Of a stretch of 64,000 bases of DNA, positions 48,619 through 53,480 are shown piece by piece. How positions within the stretch are numbered: position 1 is the stretch's first letter; each line of letters opens with the position of its first letter. Position numbers and translations under genes: made by a program. The notes below the pieces were generated by a model. The model did no database searches. It was not told the origin of the DNA and worked only from the letters and a program-made list of their open reading frames with translations. The stretch is from a virus (taxonomy: Duplodnaviria > Caudoviricetes), in IMG/VR virus record IMGVR_UViG_3300021403_000004, positions 42,871 through 106,870 of that record. One strand, 5' to 3'.

Positions 48619-48718
48619 GAGGGTTTCCGCGGCCATTGAACCCGGCAGGTCACGGCTGGCTGCGGTTCGCGGGGCCGGGAGCCTGCCTGAGTCCGGCGTG
48701 CCGCACGAGGATGCCCTC
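48619..48718 (-). ncRNA. Candidate long hairpin ncRNA
   Basis: Nested pairings GAGGG/CCCTC, GCGGC/GCCGC, GGACTC/GGGTTC, GGCAGG/CCTGCC. Confidence 0.5.
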
Positions 48719-48737
48719 AACCCCGGCTATTCAAGAG

Positions 48738-48811
48738 GGTGATCACCCGGGTTCGATCCGGGACTTTCAGAGTCACAGTCTGACGTGCAGGGCCACTACA
48801 CCATGACCACC
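48738..48811 (-). tRNA. tRNA-His(GTG) with G-1
   Basis: TCAGA CTGTGAC TCTGA; GGTGGTCA/TGATCACC. Confidence 0.9.
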
Positions 48812-48829
48812 ATGAGCGCTTGCGCGCTG

Positions 48830-48902
48830 TACACGGAGTGGGACTCGAACCCACGATACCCTGTTTGTAGGACAGGAGCCTTAGCCGCTAGACGACCCGT
48901 GC
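48830..48902 (-). tRNA. tRNA-Val(TAC), C33
   Basis: CCTGT CCTACAA ACAGG. Confidence 0.88.
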
Positions 48903-48950
48903 ATGAACACTCCGGTCACTTGCTGATGACGCCCCCGGAACCAGGCTCCA

Positions 48951-49025
48951 TGGTACAGTCACCGGGATTCGAACCCGAAATAAGAGATTCGTAGTCTCTC
49001 GTGATATCCGTTTCACCATGACTGC
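48951..49025 (-). tRNA. tRNA-Arg(ACG)
   Basis: AGAGA CTACGAA TCTCT; encoded CCA. Confidence 0.92.
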
Positions 49026-49026
49026 G

Positions 49027-49099
49027 CGCTGATGAAGAGAATCGAACTCTCGGCCCTCCGCTCGACAGGCGGACGCTCTAACCCCTGAGCTACACCAGC
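49027..49099 (-). tRNA. tRNA-Asp(GTC)
   Basis: TCCGC CTGTCGA GCGGA. Confidence 0.9.
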
Positions 49100-49107
49100 T
49101 TGCTAGC

Positions 49108-49701
49108 TTACTCAACGTCTTTATATGTAAGCCTACGTTTTATCATCGATACCGCAGTCCGTGAAATATCATACCGGGCACCGATATCTCGTGTTGTACC
49201 ACTTGCTAGGCGAATTTCACGCACCTGATCTTCCGTCAGGGTGGAATTACCCGACCTTACGCCTGACACCCCTGGATTTGGTATGCCCTGATTTACAGCC
49301 GACAAGCGGTGACGCGCTTCTTCAGACCATATGCGGTCTTTTCCGCCGACACCGTGACTACCGGAGACCGCGTTAAGCAAATTAGTCCCCGGTATCTTGA
49401 ACAGGAGATCTGTCCAATATTCCTCAGCTTTCCAGCGGTCAGCTACGCACACTTCCTGCACTACCAGAAATTGAGGTGGTTCCGGCAACGTCACCAGCCA
49501 CCCGGCCACGTGAGTTGATTTAGCGAAACGGCTCGCCCAGTGCAGCCGAACACGCTCCTGCGCACCTAGTTTAGTGGAGCCAACATACCGGATGGCGTCT
49601 CTATCAAACAGTACGTAAATATCAGCCATGTCTTGTGCATGACGCTTGCGTAGCCACTCTTGCTGATAGGTACGCCGCATCTTAGAATCTGCATAGGGCA
49701 C
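49108..49701 (-). CDS. GIY-YIG homing endonuclease with NUMOD3/HTH tail, inside the tRNA operon
   Basis: IYVL...RYVGST; E..W...LLN; SEEARHRLS; LTEDQVREIR HTH; lower GC; TATACT -10. Confidence 0.8.
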   Translation of the reverse strand: MPYADSKMRRTYQQEWLRKRHAQDMADIYVLFDRDAIRYVGSTKLGAQERVRLHWASRFAKSTHVAGWLVTLPEPPQFLVVQEVCVADRWKAEEYWTDLLFKIPGTNLLNAVSGSHGVGGKDRIWSEEARHRLSAVNQGIPNPGVSGVRSGNSTLTEDQVREIRLASGTTRDIGARYDISRTAVSMIKRRLTYKDVE

Positions 49702-49717
49702 CTACCCAGTATACCTG

Positions 49718-49788
49718 CTCTCCCACCTGGATTCGAACCAGAATTAAATGGTTAACAGCCATCCGTTCTGCCGTTGAACTATAGGAGA
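49718..49788 (-). tRNA. tRNA-Asn(GTT)
   Basis: GATGG CTGTTAA CCATT. Confidence 0.92.
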
Positions 49789-49825
49789 TTAGTGCCCGAT
49801 TATAGCCTCGGAGCCAGGCTGGCAG

Positions 49826-49899
49826 TGGCGGAGGCGTGATTCGAACACGCGATCTTCAGGTTATGAGCCTGACGAGGTACCTAGCTCCTCTACTCCGCA
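49826..49899 (-). tRNA. tRNA-Met(CAT), initiator-like
   Basis: TCAGG CTCATAA CCTGA; 1:72 mismatch. Confidence 0.88.
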
Positions 49900-49900
49900 G

Positions 49901-49971
49901 TCGTCCTACAGGGATTCGAACCCTGTTCTCAGCCTTGAAAGGGCTGGGGCCTACCTATAGCCGATAGGACG
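49901..49971 (-). tRNA. tRNA-Glu(TTC)
   Basis: CAGCC CTTTCAA GGCTG. Confidence 0.9.
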
Positions 49972-49975
49972 CGAG

Positions 49976-50048
49976 CGCTCGCACCGGGGCTTGAACCCGG
50001 GATCTCCTGCTTGAGGGGCAGGCGACTTCACCGCTTGTCCACGCGAGC
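49976..50048 (-). tRNA. tRNA-Glu(CTC), C33
   Basis: CCTGC CCCTCAA GCAGG. Confidence 0.88.
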
Positions 50049-50052
50049 TCAG

Positions 50053-50122
50053 CACAGCGCCAGGGAGTCGAACCCTGTTTCCGCGGCTTAGAAGACCGCT
50101 GCACGTATCCGCCGTGCGCTGC
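50053..50122 (-). tRNA. tRNA-Arg(TCT), reduced D arm
   Basis: GCGGT CTTCTAA GCCGC. Confidence 0.85.
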
Positions 50123-50123
50123 A

Positions 50124-50198
50124 TGGTGCCTCCGTGGGGACTCGAACCCCAGTACGCGGGGTAAAAGCCCGCTGTCCTTGCCGCTAAACGACAGAGGC
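50124..50198 (-). tRNA. tRNA-Lys(TTT)
   Basis: GCGGG CTTTTAC CCCGC; encoded CCA. Confidence 0.9.
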
Positions 50199-50203
50199 GC
50201 GAG

Positions 50204-50274
50204 TCGGGATACCGGGTGCCGCCCCCGGGTGACTGGCTTATGAGACCAGCGGTTTACTGTTAGCCTATATCCCA
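50204..50274 (-). tRNA. tRNA-CAT (elongator Met or Ile2), atypical T loop
   Basis: CTGGT CTCATAA GCCAG; T loop GGCGGCA. Confidence 0.75.
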
Positions 50275-50275
50275 G

Positions 50276-50347
50276 TGGGATCGCAGGGAATCGAACCCTG
50301 ATCACGTCCTTATAAGAGGCGCATCCTCACCATTAAACGACGATCCA
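50276..50347 (-). tRNA. tRNA-Ile(TAT)
   Basis: Loop CTTATAA; GGTTCGATTCC. Confidence 0.85.
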
Positions 50348-50348
50348 G

Positions 50349-50425
50349 TCGTACGGGAAGGACTTGAACCTTCGTGTCACCAGTTACCCTTTCGGCTCCT
50401 TATCAGGGAGAGGGGATACCGTACG
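50349..50425 (-). tRNA. Rewired tRNA-Ile(GAT) with the D-loop 3' of the anticodon arm
   Basis: CGTACGG TA TCCCCT CTCC-CTGATAA-GGAG CCGAA AGGG TAACTGGTGACAC GAAGG-TTCAAGT-CCTTC CCGTACG A. Confidence 0.75.
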
Positions 50426-50429
50426 CACG

Positions 50430-50513
50430 AGGAAGAACGACGAGTCGAACGCCACGGGTCACCCCGCGATCCGCTTTCAAGGCGGTCCCAGGCACCGGCC
50501 TGGATGATCTTCC
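50430..50513 (-). tRNA. tRNA-Ser(TGA), 8/4-type fold
   Basis: CCGC CTTGAAA GCGG; long variable arm; 4-bp T stem. Confidence 0.85.
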
Positions 50514-50520
50514 GGAAGAA

Positions 50521-50611
50521 CTCAGTGCCCCACCCGGGGAGCGCCCGGCCACGGGTACCTAGGATCACGCGGAATTGAACCGCGCCGCCAGGACTTGAAC
50601 CTGTCACTGAG
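50521..50611 (-). ncRNA. Double-T-loop tRNA-sized RNA without an anticodon arm
   Basis: CTCAGTG/CACTGAG closing stem; CAGG-TTCAAGT-CCTG and GCGCGG-TTCAATT-CCGCGT in tandem. Confidence 0.7.
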
Positions 50612-50615
50612 AAAG

Positions 50616-50700
50616 CAGAAGGCGGAGGGCACGATCCCCAGGGCTGTCACGCCCCCGGCTCGCTAGCAACGAGTGCCTGGCCCCGCCAGGTTCGCCTTCC
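50616..50700 (-). tRNA. tRNA-Ser(GCT), 8/4-type fold
   Basis: CTCG TTGCTAG CGAG; GGAAGGCG/CGCCTTCT acceptor. Confidence 0.82.
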
Positions 50701-50701
50701 A

Positions 50702-50778
50702 TGGTACCCCAGGCGGGATTCGAACCCGCAGCATCGCCGGATCTGAACCGGAGTGGTCGGCCAGTTGCCTACCGGGGC
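50702..50778 (-). tRNA. tRNA-Leu(CAG), short variable region
   Basis: CCGG TTCAGAT CCGG; encoded CCA. Confidence 0.88.
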
Positions 50779-50779
50779 A

Positions 50780-50855
50780 TGGAGTAGATGACGGGACTCG
50801 AACCCGCAACCATTACCTTGGCAAGGTAATACGCTACCAATTGCGCCACATCTAC
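50780..50855 (-). tRNA. tRNA-Gly(GCC)
   Basis: TTACC TTGCCAA GGTAA; U73, CCA. Confidence 0.93.
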
Positions 50856-50859
50856 GCAG

Positions 50860-50930
50860 AGCGAGCGACGGGAATCGGACCCGCGCCTCGACCTTGGGAA
50901 GGTCACGTGCTGCCATTGCACCACGCTCGC
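50860..50930 (-). tRNA. tRNA-Gly(CCC)
   Basis: TGACC TTCCCAA GGTCG. Confidence 0.9.
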
Positions 50931-50932
50931 AT

Positions 50933-51025
50933 GACAGGAACGGGCAGCTAATCCGCCGGGATTCCGGAACTCCCGATTGCGCCGCTTCCGCCGGTAAGAG
51001 CCTTTGCGCTAGCGCTTTTCCTGCC
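50933..51025 (-). ncRNA. Candidate structured ncRNA
   Basis: GGCAGGAA/TTCCTGTC closing stem, GCTAG/TTAGC, CGGGA/TCCCG hairpin. Confidence 0.5.
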
Positions 51026-51026
51026 G

Positions 51027-51100
51027 AGCCTGACGCCGGATTCGAACCGGCGACCCTCGCCTTACCACGGCGATGCTCTCACCACTGGAGCTAGTCAGGC
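51027..51100 (-). tRNA. tRNA-Thr(GGT)
   Basis: TCGCC GTGGTAA GGCGA. Confidence 0.9.
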
Positions 51101-51102
51101 AG

Positions 51103-51170
51103 AGCCGCGATCCGGTGCCGGCCCGGACCTGCTTCCTTACAAGGGAAGCGTCACAGCCGTGTGCCGCGGC
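51103..51170 (-). tRNA. tRNA-Thr(TGT), minimal D arm and atypical T loop
   Basis: CTTCC CTTGTAA GGAAG; T loop GCCGGCA. Confidence 0.75.
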
Positions 51171-51174
51171 ATTG

Positions 51175-51247
51175 CTGTCCGCCCAGGACTCGAACCTGGA
51201 ATCGCCGGGACCAAAACCCGGAGAGCTGCCTGTTGCCCTAGCGGACA
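51175..51247 (-). tRNA. tRNA-Gln(TTG)
   Basis: CCGGG TTTTGGT CCCGG. Confidence 0.88.
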
Positions 51248-51252
51248 CTGCT

Positions 51253-51306
51253 GCTGCCATTATCACGTTGACAGGTCTCCCTGCTTTCGGGGTCGTTCTA
51301 GGCAGC
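51253..51306 (-). ncRNA. Candidate small ncRNA
   Basis: GCTGCC/GGCAGC closing stem and CAGG-GAGA-CCTG GNRA hairpin. Confidence 0.4.
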
Positions 51307-51322
51307 TTCATGACTGTCCCCG

Positions 51323-51403
51323 TGCGCGAGGCGGGAATCGAACCCGCAAGACCGAGGTCGCTGCCTCCTCAAGGCAGTGCGTTTACCGTTTCACCACTCA
51401 CGC
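51323..51403 (-). tRNA. tRNA-Leu(GAG)
   Basis: CTGCC TTGAGGA GGCAG; variable arm. Confidence 0.9.
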
Positions 51404-51407
51404 AAGG

Positions 51408-51478
51408 CTTCCCTTCAAGGACTCGAACCTCAATCGCCAGAGTCAGATTCTGGCATCCTGCCATTAGACGAAAGGGAA
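51408..51478 (-). tRNA. tRNA-Gln(CTG)
   Basis: CCAGA ATCTGAC TCTGG. Confidence 0.9.
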
Positions 51479-51484
51479 TTAAAG

Positions 51485-51558
51485 TGCGCAGCCCGGGATT
51501 CGAACCCGGAGCATCACTGGTTTTGGGCCAGCGTGGTCGGCCAGTTGCCTAGCCGCGC
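51485..51558 (-). tRNA. tRNA-Leu(CAA), C33, short variable region
   Basis: GCTGG CCCAAAA CCAGT; D arm identical to Leu(CAG). Confidence 0.85.
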
Positions 51559-51562
51559 AGGA

Positions 51563-51637
51563 GCAGCAGTTTCATGCTCCCGGTACTTCAGGACTGATCG
51601 GGCCCTGGTTGCCGGGACGAGCAGTGCCCCCGCTGCC
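51563..51637 (-). ncRNA. Candidate hairpin ncRNA with a loop-E-like internal loop
   Basis: GCAGCGG/CTGCTGC, TCCCGG/CCGGGA, CAGGGC/GTCCTG; internal loop CAAC/AAGTA. Confidence 0.5.
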
Positions 51638-51650
51638 GGGCATGCCTGCG

Positions 51651-51724
51651 TGCGCCGCGAGGGACTTGAACCCCCAACTCCCGACTTAAGAGGACGGTAC
51701 TCTAACCAGTTGAGTTAGCGGCAC
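51651..51724 (-). tRNA. tRNA-Lys(CTT)
   Basis: Loop CTCTTAA; canonical D and T arms. Confidence 0.9.
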
Positions 51725-51830
51725 GTAGTTGTTGCACATATTCACGTCTTGCATCTTTACAGTCATCACATTTTGGCGGCCCACAAAGGGCTGCGGTCCC
51801 CTTGCAGTCCCGCAGTGGCCTCGCGAGCAG

Positions 51831-51899
51831 AGCCTGACCTCAGAATCGGACTGAGCGATCTTCCCGTACGAAGGGACGACGTGACCCAGCACGTCAGGC
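51831..51899 (-). tRNA. tRNA-Thr(CGT), minimal D arm
   Basis: TCCC TTCGTAC GGGA; GCCTGAC/GTCAGGC. Confidence 0.78.
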
Positions 51900-51950
51900 A
51901 TGAAGCTCGTCCCGGTTGGGCGCGCGATGGCTTATTGAGGACGAGCTCCG

Positions 51951-52021
51951 AAGGGCAGGCGGGAATCGAACCCGCATCTTCTGCTTGGAAGGCAGAGGGC
52001 CTGCCATTAACTGACTGCCCC
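51951..52021 (-). tRNA. tRNA-Gly(TCC)
   Basis: TCTGC CTTCCAA GCAGA. Confidence 0.9.
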
Positions 52022-52030
52022 GTAAAAAGC

Positions 52031-52107
52031 GACCGGACTGCACCCGCAAAACGGTGCGGAAGCCAGGACTGCTTGCAGTTGCGACTTATCTCCTTTGCAG
52101 TCCAGCC
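52031..52107 (-). ncRNA. Candidate structured ncRNA
   Basis: 12-bp closing stem GGCTGGACTGCA/TGCAGTCCGGTC with internal stems. Confidence 0.55.
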
Positions 52108-52109
52108 GG

Positions 52110-52183
52110 TGCCTGCTCCCTGGATCGAACAGGGGGCCTCTGCATTTTCAGTGCAACGCTCATTCCGACTGAGCTAAGCAGGC
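52110..52183 (-). tRNA. tRNA-Phe(GAA)
   Basis: TTGCA CTGAAAA TGCAG. Confidence 0.9.
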
Positions 52184-52263
52184 ATGCGGGCGCTGTTTTT
52201 CCGCGGCGCCTAGAAGGCCGCGCCCGGTCTTGCGTCCCTCCCTCCGGAGGGAACCGCTTTCCC

Positions 52264-52406
52264 GCTGGTGTGCTGTTACGCCAGGGCAGTGCGCCGTTTG
52301 CCTTCCCGCCCGCCAGCGTCTGCACTGTCACCGCGCAGGCCCTCAGACAAGAAGCGGCATGACCGCGCTCTTTCAAGGATGGCTGCCTTTAAGCCCACCT
52401 TCCAGC
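52264..52406 (-). ncRNA. 23S rRNA H43/H44 (L11-binding, GTPase-associated centre) mimic RNA with an 86-nt insertion
   Basis: GCTGG AAGGTGGGCTTAAAGGCAGCCATCCTTGAAAGAG [86 nt] GCGTAACAGCACA CCAGC aligns to 23S nt ~1051-1108 with compensatory changes. Confidence 0.82.
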
Positions 52407-52410
52407 CGGG

Positions 52411-52483
52411 TCGGGTACCCCTGAGTCGAACAGGGTGCTTCCTGCTCCCAAAGCAGGCGGGTTAACCGTCTCCCTCGTACCCG
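52411..52483 (-). tRNA. tRNA-Pro(TGG)
   Basis: CCTGC TTTGGGA GCAGG. Confidence 0.88.
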
Positions 52484-52521
52484 TCATGCCTTAGCCAGGC
52501 CTTTCAGCCCATGAAGCCGAG

Positions 52522-52593
52522 TCGGGCACCCCTGAATCGAACAGGGTCTCTCCTGCATCCCGAGCAGGCAGATTGCCATCTTCCCCGTACCCG
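52522..52593 (-). tRNA. tRNA-Pro(GGG), C33
   Basis: CCTGC TCGGGAT GCAGG. Confidence 0.85.
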
Positions 52594-52597
52594 AAAG

Positions 52598-52669
52598 TCA
52601 GCCCCCCGGGAGTCGAACCCGGTTTCTCCTCGATCCGAACGAGGCAGATTACCGTCTTCCTCGAAGCTG
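52598..52669 (-). tRNA. tRNA-Pro(CGG)
   Basis: CCTCG TTCGGAT CGAGG. Confidence 0.88.
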
Positions 52670-52675
52670 GCGACG

Positions 52676-52747
52676 TGGAGACTGAGGGAATCGAACCCTC
52701 TGCGTCAACGCTTGCAAAGCGCGACCGCTGCCTTAGCTGTAATCCCC
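52676..52747 (-). tRNA. tRNA-Ala(TGC)
   Basis: Loop TTTGCAA; G3:U70. Confidence 0.85.
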
Positions 52748-52752
52748 GTGCG

Positions 52753-52825
52753 TGGAACCTGCGAGGCTTGAACTCGCGACCTCGTGCGTGCCACGCACGT
52801 GCTCTCCCAGCTGAGCTAAGGCCCC
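52753..52825 (-). tRNA. tRNA-Ala(GGC)
   Basis: CGTGC GTGGCAC GCACG; G3:U70. Confidence 0.92.
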
Positions 52826-52892
52826 ATCTGCCCAGGCGGGCCCGGTCGAGCAGGCGCATGCGCGCCCTCCCGCGGTCCCTGGGCAATGCTCA

Positions 52893-52932
52893 CCACTGTT
52901 GAGTTCTCAAGTAAGCCCCCGTCATGCGGGGA
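52893..52932 (-). promoter_or_regulatory. rrn-type boxB hairpin plus boxA antitermination signal
   Basis: CCCCG-CATGA-CGGGG followed by CTTGAGAACTCAACAG, as in actinobacterial rRNA leaders. Confidence 0.75.
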
Positions 52933-52934
52933 AG

Positions 52935-53006
52935 CTGGCCGCCGAGGAATCGAACCCCGACCAAGAGGTTTGGAAGCTCTTGTGCTTGCCGTTACACCAG
53001 CAGCCA
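52935..53006 (-). tRNA. tRNA-Trp(CCA)
   Basis: Loop TTCCAAA; canonical D and T arms. Confidence 0.88.
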
Positions 53007-53030
53007 CTGTCGTTGTGCCTTGTGCTCTTT

Positions 53031-53059
53031 ACACTAGCTCAGGCCTGCCCCTGTGGCAA
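53031..53059 (-). promoter_or_regulatory. Housekeeping-sigma promoter of the tRNA operon
   Basis: TTGCCA-17 nt-TAGTGT, about 25 nt before the first tRNA. Confidence 0.7.
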
Positions 53060-53116
53060 GCTCTTTTTAGACTGTATCAGACTTCCCTCTGCTTGTCCAC
53101 CCGGCAGGAGCGCGGT

Positions 53117-53146
53117 GGGGCCCTCGCCTACCCTGGCGAGGGCCCC
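53117..53146. terminator. 12-bp perfect hairpin after the Y-like RNAs
   Basis: GGGGCCCTCGCC-TACCCT-GGCGAGGGCCCC. Confidence 0.55.
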
Positions 53147-53147
53147 G

Positions 53148-53250
53148 GTTCGCGTTGCCATGTGTTTGCCGTTACACCACAGCGCATTCGCGCTGGAGGG
53201 AGTCGAACCCTCATCCTCGCACTATTGAGGTGCACGCTGGTTTCCGCTGG
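53148..53250 (-). ncRNA. YrlA/Y-RNA-like permuted tRNA domain (copy 1)
   Basis: Order T arm GAGGG-TTCGACT-CCCTC, loop-closed acceptor CAGCGC-GAAT-GCGCTG, D arm GTG-TAACGGCAAA-CAC; ends approximate. Confidence 0.72.
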
Positions 53251-53279
53251 CACGCTGCCCTGCGGCTCTTGCTAGGTGA

Positions 53280-53480
53280 GTGACGGCGCCCTGCCATTAG
53301 GCCATGTCCCGGTGTACTGGACGGGACAGCGGGAATCGAACCCGCACGTCCGGCACGCAAGTGCGCAATGCGATCGTGCCCGGAGGGGAAGAAGCTGAAG
53401 CTGCAGCAATACGACGAAGACGATGCTGGCCAGCCACGCGATGGGCCGGGCGGACAAGGAAGCTGAAGCTGCGCTGTGTC
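53280..53480 (-). ncRNA. YrlA/Y-RNA-like permuted tRNA domain (copy 2) with a long 5' extension
   Basis: GCGGG-TTCGATT-CCCGC, TGTCCCG-loop-CGGGACA, GCC-TAATGGCAG-GGC; two GCAGCTTCAGCTTC repeats upstream; TGATACGCT promoter at 53485-53493; ends approximate. Confidence 0.7.

Noticed and set aside
52028-52080. Cobalamin-riboswitch-like words on the + strand (CCGG..CTGCACCCGCAA..CGGT..AAGCCAGGA)
   Set aside because: The 5' half of the riboswitch is missing, it is antisense to the operon, and the - strand fold explains the sequence better
52188-52225. preQ1-I-like stem-loop with A-rich tail
   Set aside because: Loop and tail match the consensus poorly and there is no downstream gene to regulate
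52264-52406. True 23S rRNA gene fragment or chimeric assembly
   Set aside because: Similarity is confined to H42-H44, is split by an 86-nt insertion, shows compensatory changes and has no flanking rRNA
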